Part shown: positions 43,206 to 54,108 of the stretch, piece by piece | How the letters are laid out: each line of letters starts with the position of its first letter | How positions within the stretch are numbered: position 1 is the stretch's first letter | NCBI GenBank assembly: GCA_012513825.1 | Contig: JAAZBL010000140.1 | Coordinates: 1 to 60,729 of the forward strand | Length of the DNA stretch: 60,729 nucleotides | Source of the DNA: Limnobacter sp. | GTDB lineage: Bacteria > Pseudomonadota > Gammaproteobacteria > Burkholderiales > Burkholderiaceae_E | Direction: 5' to 3' | Notes under the pieces: model-generated | Told to the model about the DNA's origin: nothing | Databases searched by the model: none | Seen by the model: the letters and a program-made list of their open reading frames with translations, nothing else | Position numbers and translations under genes: made by a program

Positions 43206-44090
43206 TCAGGCCTTCTTGCGTGTGACGAACCTGATTGGCGCAAGGCCGTCCGGAAGCCGTTTCTGCGCGGGGCACCAGGCGTGTCCGAAGATCAGCTCGA
43301 GCGTCAGGCGCAGCAGGCCGTCGCTGCCGCGCGCAGCTTCGATCGCCGCGAGCCAGTCGTTGCGCTCGCGCCGACCGACGAGACCGCGAAAACGTCCGCG
43401 CTGCGCGTTGCCGCCCAGCGCACGCACGTCGGCGAGCAGCGCCGTCGCGTCGCGGTAGGTGAGCGTGATGTGCTCCATGTCCATCACCGGCTCGGCGAAG
43501 CCGCTCGCGATCAGCAGGTCGCCGATGTCGTGCATGTCGGGAAACGGCATCAGGCGCGCGCCCGCGTCGCGCAACTCGACGAAACTGTCGACGCCCAGCG
43601 ACGTGAAGCTCAACAGGCCGTTCGGCCGAATCACCCGATACCACTCCTCGACCGCGCGCACCGGGTCGACGAACCAGTGGAACACCAGGTTCGACCAGAC
43701 GAGGTCGGCACTCGAGCCCGCCATCGGCAGTGCATGCGCATCGGCGACGAATACGCTGGCGATCGGCGGCGCGCCGCGCGAACGCAGGCGTGCGAGCAGC
43801 CCGCGGGACGGCGGCTCGAGGATGCGGCGCGCCTGAACGACGACGGGCCCGGCCAGGTCGCAGCCGAAAATCGCGGCGTTCGGATAGCGCTGCGCGAGCG
43901 CGGCGAGCCCCTGGCCGAGCCCGCATCCGACGTCGACGATGCGGGCCGGTTCGAGCCTGACGATTTCGAGCCGTTCGAGCATGCGCCGCTCGGTTTCGCG
44001 CAGGATGAAGTCGGCGCGATGCAGCGTCGCGGCGCGCCGCGCGAACTGCCTGCGCACCGCCAACGGATCTAGGTCGGGAGCGATAGCCAT
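43206..44090 (-). CDS. bioC: BioC-like SAM-dependent methyltransferase
   Basis: VDVGCGLG, VWSNL, FPDMHDIGDLL, GFAEPVMDME; divergent from comF. Confidence 0.8.
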   Translation of the reverse strand: MAIAPDLDPLAVRRQFARRAATLHRADFILRETERRMLERLEIVRLEPARIVDVGCGLGQGLAALAQRYPNAAIFGCDLAGPVVVQARRILEPPSRGLLARLRSRGAPPIASVFVADAHALPMAGSSADLVWSNLVFHWFVDPVRAVEEWYRVIRPNGLLSFTSLGVDSFVELRDAGARLMPFPDMHDIGDLLIASGFAEPVMDMEHITLTYRDATALLADVRALGGNAQRGRFRGLVGRRERNDWLAAIEAARGSDGLLRLTLELIFGHAWCPAQKRLPDGLAPIRFVTRKKA

Positions 44091-44210
44091 CGCTGGCCAG
44101 TATACGAGCCGCGGCTGCGAGAATCGGGCATGCGAAACGACGATGACGCGGGCGAAAACGGGTCGCCCGTGGCCGGGCGCGAATCGGTCGAGGCCCGAAG
44201 CGGGGTGTCG

Positions 44211-45074
44211 ATGGCCGAAAGAGACGGAACTGCAGGCCTCGCGCCGTGGCGGCGCCTGCGCTCGGGTTCGGGCCTGTTGCTCGACTGGCTGCTGCCGGTG
44301 GTCTGTGCAGGCTGCGAACGACCGCTGCCGCCAGGCCATGGTGCGCCCGGATTGCGCAACGAAACCCGGCCGGCGCCACGCGGCTGGTGCGAGGCGTGCG
44401 CGGCTTCGCTGCCGGGGCTCGAAGCCCGGCGCTGCGCCGTTTGCGGCGAAGCGTCGAGCGCGACGGACTCGAAGCACCCGGTAACGTGTCCGCGCTGTCG
44501 CTCCCGGCCACCGTCGTTCGACCGCACGATCGTGCTTGCCGACTACGCACCGCCGCTCGACCATCTCGTGCAGGCGATCAAGTTCGACGGGCAGTCGGCA
44601 CTGGCCGCACCGCTGGGGCGCCTGATGGCCCGCGCTGCCGTGCGCGCCTGTCCGGCCGGCACGCATCATGGGGCCGACGCGATCGTTCCGATCCCGATGG
44701 CTGCAGCACGGCTCTCGCGCCGCGGCTACAACCAGGCGCTGCTGCTCGCGCGGCCGATCGCGCGTGCGCTCGGACTGCCCATCGCGCCGACCTGGCTGCG
44801 TCGCGTGCGCGAAGGCGCGCCGGCCTCGTCGCTCGACGCCGGAGAACGACACGGCATGCTCGCGCGAGCCTTCGTTGCGCAGCGCGTGACCCCCGGAGCG
44901 AGCGTGCTCGTCGTCGACGACGTGATGACGACCGGTGCGACACTGCAGGCCGCGGCCATCGCGCTGAAGGCGGCCGGTGCAGCGGTCGTCGTCAACTGCG
45001 TCGCCGCGCGAACGCCGAACCCCGGCCCGCCGGTCGCCCGACGACCTGCACTCGCGAGCGAACCCGAATGCTGA
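44211..45074 (+). CDS. comF: ComF-family phosphoribosyltransferase-like protein
   Basis: Cys pairs (CAGC, CEAC, CAVC, CPRC), RGYNQA, VVDDVMTTGATL; alternative start at 44130. Confidence 0.88.
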   Translation: MAERDGTAGLAPWRRLRSGSGLLLDWLLPVVCAGCERPLPPGHGAPGLRNETRPAPRGWCEACAASLPGLEARRCAVCGEASSATDSKHPVTCPRCRSRPPSFDRTIVLADYAPPLDHLVQAIKFDGQSALAAPLGRLMARAAVRACPAGTHHGADAIVPIPMAAARLSRRGYNQALLLARPIARALGLPIAPTWLRRVREGAPASSLDAGERHGMLARAFVAQRVTPGASVLVVDDVMTTGATLQAAAIALKAAGAAVVVNCVAARTPNPGPPVARRPALASEPEC

Positions 45075-45682
45075 ACGTCGTCCTGGTCAGTCCCGAGATT
45101 CCGCCGAACACCGGTAACGTGATCCGGCTTTGCGCAAACACCGGTGCGCGGCTGCACCTGGTCGAACCACTGGGCTTTTCGCTGGAATCGGCCAAGCTGC
45201 GTCGGGCCGGACTCGATTACCACGAGTTCGCGTCGATCCGCGTGCATCGGTCCTGGGAAGCGCTGTGCGAAGCGCACCGGCTGTTCTCGCCGGCGCATCC
45301 GGAGGCGATGTTCGACCCCGAGCGAGACGCAGCCGCCCCCATCCGGGACGCGGCCGACCCCACGCGGCCCCCGAACGGGGCTTCGCAACGCGGAGACCGC
45401 CTGCCGCGCGTCTTCGCGCTCACGACCACCGCGACGCGCAGCCCCTTCGACATCGAGTTCGCGCGCGGCGACTGGCTCGTTTTCGGCTGCGAAACACGCG
45501 GGCTGCCTGCCCCGGTGCTGGCCTGTTTCGCCGAGCAGCAGCGACTGCGCCTGCCGATGCGCCCCGGCAACCGGAGCCTGAACCTGTCGAACGCGGTCGC
45601 GGTGACCGTGTTCGAGGCCTGGCGTCAGTTCGGGTTCGAAGGCGCGGCCGACAAGCTGCCGGCCAGCACGTCGAGCATCTGA
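45068..45682 (+). CDS. trmL: tRNA (cytidine/uridine-34 2'-O)-methyltransferase TrmL
   Basis: PEIPPNTGNVIRLCANTG, RRAGLDY, FGCETRGLP, RSLNLSN; carries an internal insertion. Confidence 0.93.
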   Translation: MLNVVLVSPEIPPNTGNVIRLCANTGARLHLVEPLGFSLESAKLRRAGLDYHEFASIRVHRSWEALCEAHRLFSPAHPEAMFDPERDAAAPIRDAADPTRPPNGASQRGDRLPRVFALTTTATRSPFDIEFARGDWLVFGCETRGLPAPVLACFAEQQRLRLPMRPGNRSLNLSNAVAVTVFEAWRQFGFEGAADKLPASTSSI

Positions 45683-46305
45683 TCGATGTCCGGCGCGACG
45701 CGCATGCAGTCGAGATCGGCGGGCGCCACGAAACCGGCGGCGACCATCGCGCGGCAAGCCGCGAGCAGCGGCGCCCAGTAGCCGTCCTGGTCGACGAGAC
45801 CGACCGGCTTGTCGTGGTAGCGGGTCTGGCGCAGCGTCAGCGCCTCGAACAGTTCGTCGAGCGTGCCCAGGCCTCCGGGCAACGCGACGAAGGCGTCGGC
45901 CAGTTCGAACATCCGCAGCTTGCGCACCGCCATGTCGGCCACCACTTCGAGCCGGGTCAGGCCAAGGTGGCCGACCTCGCGATCGAGCAGCGCTTGCGGG
46001 ATCACGCCGATCACCTCGCCGCCGGCGGCAAGCGCCCCTTCCGCGAGCGCGCCCATCAGCCCGACGCGTCCGCCGCCGTAGACCAGGCGCCAGCCGCGCG
46101 CGGCGATCGCCCGGCCGGCGGCCTGCGCGTGCTCGAACCACCGGGCATCGTGTCCCGAGCGGGCCCCGCAGAACACGCAGATCGCCGGCGGCTCGGGCCG
46201 GGCCGGGGCCGGTGCCAGCACCGTGGCGCTGCGCAGTTCGTCGTCTACCGGTCCGGTCGCCACGATGTCGTTTCCTGCGCGCGGGGCGCCGTCATCCTTC
46301 GTCAC
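45625..46305 (-). CDS. LOG-family nucleotide phosphoribohydrolase (TIGR00730-like)
   Basis: [29 protein letters not shown]; start uncertain. Confidence 0.9.
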   Translation of the reverse strand: MTKDDGAPRAGNDIVATGPVDDELRSATVLAPAPARPEPPAICVFCGARSGHDARWFEHAQAAGRAIAARGWRLVYGGGRVGLMGALAEGALAAGGEVIGVIPQALLDREVGHLGLTRLEVVADMAVRKLRMFELADAFVALPGGLGTLDELFEALTLRQTRYHDKPVGLVDQDGYWAPLLAACRAMVAAGFVAPADLDCMRVAPDIDQMLDVLAGSLSAAPSNPN

Positions 46306-47305
46306 GCTCGTCGCGCGGTTCGCGCGCCAGCAGCCCGCGCACCGCGGCGGCCGGATCGCTGCGGCCGTCGAGCACGGCCTGTACGGCCTCGACGATCGGC
46401 AGCTCGACCCGATATTGCGCGGCGAGCGTCAGCGCGGCTGCGGCGCAAGGCACCCCTTCGGCGACGTGCCCGAGCTGGGCAACGATCTCGGGCAGCGGCT
46501 GCCCGGCCGCGAGCGCGAGTCCGACGCGTCGATTGCGCGACAGGTCGCCGGTGCAGGTCAGCACGAGGTCGCCGAGGCCGGTGAGCCCGGTAAAGGTCGC
46601 GGCCCGGGCGCCGAGGGCGACACCGAGCCGGGCCGTCTCGGCGAGGCCGCGGGTGATCAGCGCGGCGCGCGCGTTCTGCCCGAGCTGCAGGCCGTCGCAA
46701 ATGCCTGCGGCGATCGCCATCACGTTCTTCAGCGCGCCTCCGAGCTCGACGCCGACGACGTCGTCGCTGCGATAGATGCGCGCAGCGCCGTGGTGGAACG
46801 CACGTTGCGCGGCAATCCGCAGCAGGTCGACGCGCGAGGCGACCGTCAGCGCCACCGGCAAGCCGGCCGCGACCTCCTGCGCGAACGAGGGACCCGACAG
46901 CACGCCGTGGCCATAGCCGGGCATGAGCTCGGCCGCAACCCGGTGCGGCAGCGCGCCCGTGTCGCGCTCGATGCCTTTGCACAGCCAGACCAGCCCGGCG
47001 ATGCCGGGGTGCAGTCGACCGGCCAGCGCCGCCAGCACCGGCCGCAGGCCGGCCACCGACGTCGCGACGACGGCGAGCGAATCGGGCCCGTCGCCGAGCC
47101 AGCCGCAGACCCGGTCGAGATCGGCCGTGGCATCGATCGCCGTCGGCAGTTCGACTCCGGGCAGGTAGCGCGGGTTGCTGCGCCCGCTGCGCAAGGTCCC
47201 GGCGAGCGCCGCGTCGCGTGCCCACAGCATCACTTCGTGCTGCCCGGCGGCATGCACGGCCACCGCGGTGCCCCAGGCGCCGGCGCCGAAGATGGCGATG
47301 CGCAT
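46292..47305 (-). CDS. gpsA: NAD(P)H-dependent glycerol-3-phosphate dehydrogenase
   Basis: [44 protein letters not shown]. Confidence 0.96.
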   Translation of the reverse strand: MRIAIFGAGAWGTAVAVHAAGQHEVMLWARDAALAGTLRSGRSNPRYLPGVELPTAIDATADLDRVCGWLGDGPDSLAVVATSVAGLRPVLAALAGRLHPGIAGLVWLCKGIERDTGALPHRVAAELMPGYGHGVLSGPSFAQEVAAGLPVALTVASRVDLLRIAAQRAFHHGAARIYRSDDVVGVELGGALKNVMAIAAGICDGLQLGQNARAALITRGLAETARLGVALGARAATFTGLTGLGDLVLTCTGDLSRNRRVGLALAAGQPLPEIVAQLGHVAEGVPCAAAALTLAAQYRVELPIVEAVQAVLDGRSDPAAAVRGLLAREPRDERDEG

Positions 47306-47321
47306 GGCGGGCGTTCGGCCC

Positions 47322-47771
47322 TCAGCGCCCGAAAACGTCGGAAGCGCTGACGAAGCCCTGCGTGCCGTCGGGATGGCGCACGTTCAGCCAGCCGGCAGGC
47401 GCCGACCCGTCGACCACTTCGAGCAGCACACCGCGTTCGGCCTGGAACAGCAGTTCGCCGACCGCGCTCGGCGAGCGGCGCACCGAAGCCAGCGCCCGCG
47501 AGACGACGACGAAGCGCGGCTCGGTCAGTTCGGCTGCGCGGATCCAGAGGACATCGCCGTCGACGTCGCGCACCTTGACCCAGGGGTTCAGCGTGGACAG
47601 CACTTCGAGCGGCGTGCCCCGCACAACCACGAAGCGCTTCTGCGCGCGCTCGGACGGCCCGTCGTAGAGCACGGCGGCGTCGACCGCGACGCCGCGGTAC
47701 TCGGCCGCCAGCGACGGCAGCGACGCCGCGAGCAGCGCGGCGACGGCAACGAGAGCCGACCCGATGCGCAT
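47322..47771 (-). CDS. Secreted SH3-domain protein (tandem bacterial SH3)
   Basis: Signal peptide, LYDGPS, WVKVRD, GWLNVRH..G..GFV; usual location between secB and gpsA. Confidence 0.8.
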   Translation of the reverse strand: MRIGSALVAVAALLAASLPSLAAEYRGVAVDAAVLYDGPSERAQKRFVVVRGTPLEVLSTLNPWVKVRDVDGDVLWIRAAELTEPRFVVVSRALASVRRSPSAVGELLFQAERGVLLEVVDGSAPAGWLNVRHPDGTQGFVSASDVFGR

Positions 47772-47773
47772 GC

Positions 47774-48262
47774 TCAGTGCGCGCCCGGCACTACGATGCC
47801 GGAGTCCTGCTGGCCTTGTTGCTGCTGCTCCTTCTGCTGCGCGAGCCGCTGCTGGTACAGCGCTTCGAAATTGATCTCGGCCAGGTGGATCGGCGGGAAG
47901 CCGGTGCGCTGGATCGCGTCGGCGATGTTCGCACGCAGGTACGGATAGATGATGTTCGGGCAGATGACGTTGAGCAGCATCGTCATCTGCTCGCCGGGCA
48001 CGTTGCGGATCTCGAAGATGCCGGCCTGCTTGGCCTCGACCAGGAACGCGACCCTTTCGCCGGCCTTCGTGGTCACGGTGATCGTGACCGTGCTCTCGTG
48101 GATGCCGTCGGCGACCTGCTCGCTCGATACGTCGAGGCCGACCTCGACGGTCGGCTGCTTCGTGTCGAGAAAGATGTGCGGCGCGTGAGGGATCTCCAGC
48201 GACATGTCCTTCAGGTACATGCGCTGGATGGCGAAGACAGGGGCTTGCGCCTGCTCGGTCAT
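47774..48262 (-). CDS. secB: Protein-export chaperone SecB
   Basis: [43 protein letters not shown]. Confidence 0.96.
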   Translation of the reverse strand: MTEQAQAPVFAIQRMYLKDMSLEIPHAPHIFLDTKQPTVEVGLDVSSEQVADGIHESTVTITVTTKAGERVAFLVEAKQAGIFEIRNVPGEQMTMLLNVICPNIIYPYLRANIADAIQRTGFPPIHLAEINFEALYQQRLAQQKEQQQQGQQDSGIVVPGAH

Positions 48263-48353
48263 GAAGGGTCCTCGATGCGTCGGTTCGACGCGTAAAGCTC
48301 GGGTGAAGGGAAGGGTTGGTGCGGACCGGCTCGCGGACGCGCGACGGAAGGTG

Positions 48354-48614
48354 TCAATCCTGCAGCAAGGGCACCAGCTCGCCGGCCCGGTCGAGCGCCG
48401 ACAGGTCGTCGAAGCCGCCGACGTGGCGCTCTCCGATGAAGATCTGCGGCACCGTGCGGCGGCCGGTTTTCTCGATCATCTCGTTGCGACGCGCCGGCTC
48501 GAGATCGATGTGGATCTTCTCGATGTCGGTGACGCCGCGCGATTGCAGAAGCATCTCGGCGCGCTGGCAATAAGGGCAGGTGCCGGTGCTGTACATCAGG
48601 ACCTTGGAGCTCAT
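48354..48614 (-). CDS. grxC: Glutaredoxin 3
   Basis: [16 protein letters not shown]; GAGG RBS. Confidence 0.95.
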   Translation of the reverse strand: MSSKVLMYSTGTCPYCQRAEMLLQSRGVTDIEKIHIDLEPARRNEMIEKTGRRTVPQIFIGERHVGGFDDLSALDRAGELVPLLQD

Positions 48615-48646
48615 GTCGATTCCTCGTGGATGCCGGCTCGGGCAGC

Positions 48647-49048
48647 CTACTTGACGACCGGCAATCCCGCCTGCCGCCAGGCCTGCAGTCCGCCGGCCAG
48701 GTTGAAGACCTCTTCCCTGCCATTGCGGCGAAGCAAGGCCGATGCCTTGCCCGAACTGACGCCGCTGGCGCAGCAGACCAGCACCGGCTTGTTCGCCGGC
48801 AGCTCGCCGGCCCGCTTTTCGAGGTCGGACAGCGGAATGTTGCGTGCATTGGGCAGGTGGCCGGCAGCGAACTCGGCTGCCGGCCGGACGTCGACGATGA
48901 CGGCCCCGGTGTCGTTGATCAGGCGCGTGGCGCCCAGCGTATCGACGGTCGGCCCCGCGCTGCCGCGCATGACCAGCGGCCACAGCAGCATCGCGCCGGA
49001 AACCAGCGCGATGGCGATGAGGACGATGTTCTCGACGATGAATTGCAC
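48647..49048 (-). CDS. Rhodanese-like domain protein
   Basis: N-terminal TM helix, VDVR, GHLPNARNIP, LAGGLQAW. Confidence 0.9.
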   Translation of the reverse strand: MQFIVENIVLIAIALVSGAMLLWPLVMRGSAGPTVDTLGATRLINDTGAVIVDVRPAAEFAAGHLPNARNIPLSDLEKRAGELPANKPVLVCCASGVSSGKASALLRRNGREEVFNLAGGLQAWRQAGLPVVK

Positions 49049-49117
49049 TGGCGGTCCGGAGCGTTAAACCGGTAATTATAGAATAGCGGTCTGCAGTCTT
49101 CCGACGTCCCGTCCGAC

Positions 49118-49867
49118 ATGACCTACAAGCTCGTCCTGTTGCGCCACGGCCAGAGCCAGTGGAATCTCGAAAACCGCTTCACCGGCTGGACCGACGTCGA
49201 CCTGACGCCCGAAGGCCTCGCCGAGGCGCGCCGCGCCGGCCAGTTGCTGAAGGCCGAAGGCTTCGATTTCGACATCGCGTTCACCTCGGTGCTGAAGCGG
49301 GCGATTCGCACGCTGTGGACCACGCTCGACGAAATGGACCGGATGTGGATCCCGATCGAGAACTCGTGGCGGCTGAACGAACGCCATTACGGCGCGCTCC
49401 AGGGGCTGGACAAGGCCGAGACGGCCGCACGCTACGGCGACGAGCAGGTACTCGTCTGGCGGCGCTCGTATTCGATCGCCCCCGAACCGCTGCCGCCCGG
49501 CGACCCGCGCGAGGCCGACGGCGATCCGCGCTATGCCTCGCTGGCACCGGGCGAGATCCCGCGCACCGAATGCCTGAAGGACACGGTCGCGCGCGTGGTG
49601 CCGTACTGGAACGACGCGATCGCGCCGGCGATCCGCGCCGGGAAGCGGGTGCTGGTCGCCGCACACGGCAACTCGCTGCGCGCGCTGGTCAAGCACCTCG
49701 ACGACATCGACGAGGAAACGATCGTCGGGCTGAACATCCCGACCGCCCGCCCGCTCGTCTACGAACTCGACGAGGCGCTGAAGCCGATCCGCAGCGCCTA
49801 CCTCGGCGACGCCGCCGAGATCGAGGCCGAAATGGCCGCCGTCGCTGCCCAGGGCAAGGCCCGCTGA
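49118..49867 (+). CDS. gpmA: 2,3-BPG-dependent phosphoglycerate mutase
   Basis: [33 protein letters not shown]. Confidence 0.97.
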   Translation: MTYKLVLLRHGQSQWNLENRFTGWTDVDLTPEGLAEARRAGQLLKAEGFDFDIAFTSVLKRAIRTLWTTLDEMDRMWIPIENSWRLNERHYGALQGLDKAETAARYGDEQVLVWRRSYSIAPEPLPPGDPREADGDPRYASLAPGEIPRTECLKDTVARVVPYWNDAIAPAIRAGKRVLVAAHGNSLRALVKHLDDIDEETIVGLNIPTARPLVYELDEALKPIRSAYLGDAAEIEAEMAAVAAQGKAR

Positions 49868-49990
49868 CGAGAATCGTCCCTCGGGGTCGTTGCCCGCACC
49901 GCGGATACTGCGGTTTATACTGGACCGATTGATGGGTCGTCGGCCATGGACCCGCCGTGGCCGCCGCGGCCAGCACAGGATTCGTCAAAG

Positions 49991-51391
49991 ATGGGCAAGT
50001 TGAAACCTCTGGGCCTGATCTCGATCGGCGCGATCGCCGGCATTCTGGTCAGCATCGGCCTGACGGCGGTCGCCCAGCGCGAGACGCGCAGCACGCTGCC
50101 GCTCGACGAGCTGCGCCAGTTCACCGACGTGTTCGGCGCGATCAAGTCGAACTACGTCGAAAACGTCGAAGACAAGAAGCTGATCACCGAGGCGATCAGC
50201 GGCATGCTCACCGGGCTCGACCCGCACTCGGCCTATCTCGACGCCGATGCGTTCAAGGAGCTGCAGGTCGGCACGCAGGGCGAATTCGGCGGGCTCGGCA
50301 TCGAGGTCGGCACTGAAGACGGCTTCGTCAAGGTCGTCTCGCCGATCGAGGATACGCCGGCGGCCCGCGCCGGCATCAAGGCCGGCGACCTGATCATGAA
50401 GATCGACGAGAAGCCGACCAAGGGCATGACGCTGAGCGAGGCCGTCAAGCTCATGCGCGGCAAGCCCAAGACGCAGATCGTGCTGACGATCTCGCGCAAG
50501 GGCGAGAACCAGCCGCTGATCGTGCCGATCGTGCGCGACGTGATCCGCGTGCAGTCGGTCAAGTCGAAGATGATCGAGCCTGGCTATCCGTACGTCCGGG
50601 TCACGCAGTTCCAGGAGCACACGGTCGAGAACCTGGTGCGCCACATCGAGAAGCTCGCCAAGGAAGGCCCGATGAAGGGCTTCATCCTCGACCTGCGCAA
50701 CGATCCGGGCGGGCTGCTGCACGGCGCCGTCGGCGTGTCTGCGGCCTTTCTGCCGCCGAAGGCGCTGGTGGTCAGCACCGACGGGCGCACCGACGACGCG
50801 CGCCGCAAGTACCACGCGAGTCCGGAGGACTACCTGCGCGGCACGCGAAACGACGTGCTGCGCAACCTTCCGGAGGCGATCCGCACGGTGCCGATGGTCG
50901 TGCTGGTCAATGCCGGCTCGGCATCGGCCTCCGAGATCGTGGCCGGCGCGCTGCAGGACCACAAGCGCGCCACGATCATCGGCACGCAGACCTTCGGCAA
51001 GGGCTCGGTGCAATCGATCCTGCCGCTGTCGAACACCACGGCCATCAAGCTGACCACGGCGCGCTACTACACGCCGAGCGGGCGATCGATCCAGGCCAAG
51101 GGCATTACGCCCGACTACATCGTCGAGGAAACGCCCGACGGCGACCCGGTCTCGTTCCGGGTTCGCGAGGCCGACTTGAACCGCCACCTGCAGAACGGCA
51201 GTGAAAACGAGGACAAGCCGTCGATCCCGAAGCCGATCCAGGACGGCGGCAAACTGCTCGACCGCAAGCCGGTCGAGTTCGGCTCGCCCGAGGATCATCA
51301 GCTGCAGCAGGCGATGAACTTCCTCAAGGGCCAACCGGTCGTCATCGCGAAGAAGGATGACGCCGACAGCGACAGCGCCACTCCCCGGTAG
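49991..51391 (+). CDS. ctpA: Carboxyl-terminal processing protease (S41A)
   Basis: LDPHS, GGLGIEV PDZ region, [32 protein letters not shown]. Confidence 0.93.
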   Translation: MGKLKPLGLISIGAIAGILVSIGLTAVAQRETRSTLPLDELRQFTDVFGAIKSNYVENVEDKKLITEAISGMLTGLDPHSAYLDADAFKELQVGTQGEFGGLGIEVGTEDGFVKVVSPIEDTPAARAGIKAGDLIMKIDEKPTKGMTLSEAVKLMRGKPKTQIVLTISRKGENQPLIVPIVRDVIRVQSVKSKMIEPGYPYVRVTQFQEHTVENLVRHIEKLAKEGPMKGFILDLRNDPGGLLHGAVGVSAAFLPPKALVVSTDGRTDDARRKYHASPEDYLRGTRNDVLRNLPEAIRTVPMVVLVNAGSASASEIVAGALQDHKRATIIGTQTFGKGSVQSILPLSNTTAIKLTTARYYTPSGRSIQAKGITPDYIVEETPDGDPVSFRVREADLNRHLQNGSENEDKPSIPKPIQDGGKLLDRKPVEFGSPEDHQLQQAMNFLKGQPVVIAKKDDADSDSATPR

Positions 51392-51460
51392 CTTCCCGGC
51401 ATTCCGCGCCGCGAAGCGGCGCGGTCGACCGCGGCCGTCCGCCCGGGCGGCCGCCTTTGC

Positions 51461-52216
51461 ATGAACGACGAACAACTGCTGCGCTACAGCCGGCATTTGC
51501 TGCTCGACGAAATGGGCGTCGAGGTGCAGAACCGGCTGCTCGAATCGACGATCCTGGTGATCGGCGCCGGCGGCCTCGGATCGCCGGCCACGCTTTACCT
51601 GGCGGCCGCCGGCGTCGGCCGCATCGTGCTCGCCGACGACGACGAGGTCGACCTGACGAACCTGCAGAGGCAGATCCTTCACCGCCAGGACCGGATCGGA
51701 CAGCCGAAGGTCGCCTCGGGCCGGCGCAGCCTGCTCGAGCTGAACCCCGGCATCGAGGTCGTCGCCCGTCACGAACGGCTGCTCGGCGACGCACTGGACG
51801 AGGCTGCCGCCCAGGCCGACGTGGTCCTCGACTGCTGCGACAACTTCCAGACCCGACATGCAATCAACCGCGCCTGCGTGCGGGCCGGCGTGCCGATGGT
51901 GTCCGGCGCCGCGATCCGCTTCGACGGGCAACTCGCCGTCTACGACACGCGTCGGCCCGAATCGCCGTGCTACCACTGCCTGTTCCCCGAGGGCGAGGAC
52001 CTCGAGGAGGTCCGCTGCGCGACGATGGGCGTGTTCGCCCCGTTGACCGGGATCATCGGCACGATGCAGGCGGCCGAGGCGCTGAAGCTGGCCGGCGGGT
52101 TCGGCACGCCGATCGTCGGCCGGCTGATGCTGCTCGATTCGCGTTCGCTCGACTGGCACACGGTCAAGGTGCCGCGCGATCCGGCTTGTCCGGTCTGCAG
52201 CAGCCGCCGGCCGTGA
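51461..52216 (+). CDS. moeB: MoeB/ThiF-family adenylyltransferase
   Basis: [28 protein letters not shown]. Confidence 0.88.
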   Translation: MNDEQLLRYSRHLLLDEMGVEVQNRLLESTILVIGAGGLGSPATLYLAAAGVGRIVLADDDEVDLTNLQRQILHRQDRIGQPKVASGRRSLLELNPGIEVVARHERLLGDALDEAAAQADVVLDCCDNFQTRHAINRACVRAGVPMVSGAAIRFDGQLAVYDTRRPESPCYHCLFPEGEDLEEVRCATMGVFAPLTGIIGTMQAAEALKLAGGFGTPIVGRLMLLDSRSLDWHTVKVPRDPACPVCSSRRP

Positions 52217-54108
52217 TGCAGCGCGCCCTCGAAGTCCTGCAGCGCGTCTTCGGGTTCGACGCCTTTCGCGGCCTGCAGGCGGAGGTCGTCGCGCAGGTCG
52301 CCGCCGGTGGCGACGCGCTGGTCCTGATGCCGACCGGCGCCGGCAAGTCCTTGTGCTACCAGATCCCGGCGCTGCTGCGCGATGGCACGGGCATCGTCGT
52401 TTCGCCGCTGATCGCGTTGATGCAGGACCAGGTCGACGCGCTGCGCGAGCTCGGCGTGCGTGCCGCGTACCTGAACTCGGCACTGTCCCTGACCGAGGCG
52501 CGCGAGGTCGAACGGCAACTGCTGGCCGGCGCGCTCGACCTGCTCTACGTGGCGCCCGAACGACTGCTGACCGAGCGGTGCCTGGAGCTGCTCGAACGCG
52601 CGCAACCGGCGCTGTTCGCGATCGACGAGGCGCACTGCGTGTCGCAGTGGGGGCACGACTTCCGACCCGAATACCTGCAGCTCGCGATCCTGCACGAACG
52701 CTTTCCGAAGGTGCCGAGGATCGCGCTGACGGCAACCGCCGACGCGCTGACGCGTCGCGAGATCGTCGAGCGCCTCGCGTTGCACGAGGCGCGCCAGTTC
52801 GTGTCGAGCTTCGACCGGCCGAACATACGCTACCGGATCGTCGAGAAGCTCGATCCGCGCCGGCAGCTGCTCGACTTCATCGCCGGACACGCCGGCGAGG
52901 CCGGCATCGTCTACTGCGCGTCGCGCGCGAAGGTCGACGACACCGCGCAGTGGCTGCGCGAGCGCGGGATCGACGCGCTGCCCTACCACGCCGGAATGAA
53001 CGCCGCGCAGCGCGCGGAAAACCAGGCGCGCTTCCTGCGGGAAGACGGACGGGTGATGGTCGCGACGATCGCGTTCGGCATGGGCATCGACAAGCCCGAC
53101 GTGCGTTTCGTCGCGCACCTCGACATGCCGCGCAGCGTCGAAGGCTACTACCAGGAGACCGGCCGCGCGGGGCGCGACGGCGCGCCGGCCGAGGCCTGGA
53201 TGACCTACGGTCTGGCCGACGTCGTGCAGCAGCGCCGCTTCATCGAGCAATCGGAGGCCGGCGACGCGTACAAGCGCATCTCGTCGGGAAAGCTCGACGC
53301 GATGCTCGGGCTGGCCGAGACGATCGAGTGCCGGCGCGTTCGGCTGCTCGCCTACTTCGGCGAAGCTGCCGAACACTGCGGCAATTGCGACAACTGCCTC
53401 GAGCCGCCCGAGCCCTGGGATGCGACCGAGGCCGCACGCAAGCTGCTGTCGTGCATCTTCCGGGTCCGCGAAGCGAGCGGCTTCGGCTTCGGCGCGCAGC
53501 ACATCATCGCCGTGCTGCGCGGCCAGGACAACGCACGCGTCCGCCAGTACGGACACGAACAGCTCAGCACCTTCGGGATCGGCGCCGATCTCGACGAACG
53601 GGAATGGCGCGCGGTGCTGCGCCAGCTGATCGCGCAGGGGCTGGTGGCCGTCGACCACGAACGCCATCAGGTGCTGGTGCTGACCTCGGACAGCCGCGCG
53701 CTGCTGCGCGGCGAACGCCGGCTGTCGATGCGGCGGCCGGTGGCACCGCCGCGCACGCGAGGCCGCAAGCGCGGATCCGGCGGGCTACGCGGGACCGGAG
53801 CGTCGGCTGCCCCGGCAAGCGGGCTCGACGCTACGGCTGCCGGCGCGCTCGGGGCGGGCGCCGGGCCGCTCGCCGACGACCCGGCCGCCGAGCGCCTGTT
53901 CGAACGATTGCGCGAATGGCGCCGCGAGGCGGCCATCGAGCGAAAGCTGCCGCCCTACGTCATCTTCCACGACAGCACGCTGCGCGCGATCGCGCAGCAC
54001 CGGCCGCAAACGCTGGACGCGCTGGCCGGCATCTCCGGCGTCGGTCAGCGCAAGCTCGAAGCCTGGGGCGACTCGATCATCGGCCTGATCGCGGCGACCG
54101 ACTCCTGA
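52216..54108 (+). CDS. recQ: ATP-dependent DNA helicase RecQ
   Basis: [37 protein letters not shown], zinc motif CGNCDNC, HRDC domain (PPYVIFHD). Confidence 0.96.
   Translation: MQRALEVLQRVFGFDAFRGLQAEVVAQVAAGGDALVLMPTGAGKSLCYQIPALLRDGTGIVVSPLIALMQDQVDALRELGVRAAYLNSALSLTEAREVERQLLAGALDLLYVAPERLLTERCLELLERAQPALFAIDEAHCVSQWGHDFRPEYLQLAILHERFPKVPRIALTATADALTRREIVERLALHEARQFVSSFDRPNIRYRIVEKLDPRRQLLDFIAGHAGEAGIVYCASRAKVDDTAQWLRERGIDALPYHAGMNAAQRAENQARFLREDGRVMVATIAFGMGIDKPDVRFVAHLDMPRSVEGYYQETGRAGRDGAPAEAWMTYGLADVVQQRRFIEQSEAGDAYKRISSGKLDAMLGLAETIECRRVRLLAYFGEAAEHCGNCDNCLEPPEPWDATEAARKLLSCIFRVREASGFGFGAQHIIAVLRGQDNARVRQYGHEQLSTFGIGADLDEREWRAVLRQLIAQGLVAVDHERHQVLVLTSDSRALLRGERRLSMRRPVAPPRTRGRKRGSGGLRGTGASAAPASGLDATAAGALGAGAGPLADDPAAERLFERLREWRREAAIERKLPPYVIFHDSTLRAIAQHRPQTLDALAGISGVGQRKLEAWGDSIIGLIAATDS

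Noticed and set aside
51457-54108. 883-aa RecQ with a long N-terminal extension, or a MoeB-RecQ fusion
   Set aside because: moeB is in a different frame with its own stop; RecQ begins at ATG 52216, overlapping that stop (TGATG).
54077-54108. Convergent overlap of the recQ and rhlE 3' ends
   Set aside because: Short tail-to-tail overlaps through a low-complexity C-terminus are common in GC-rich genomes.
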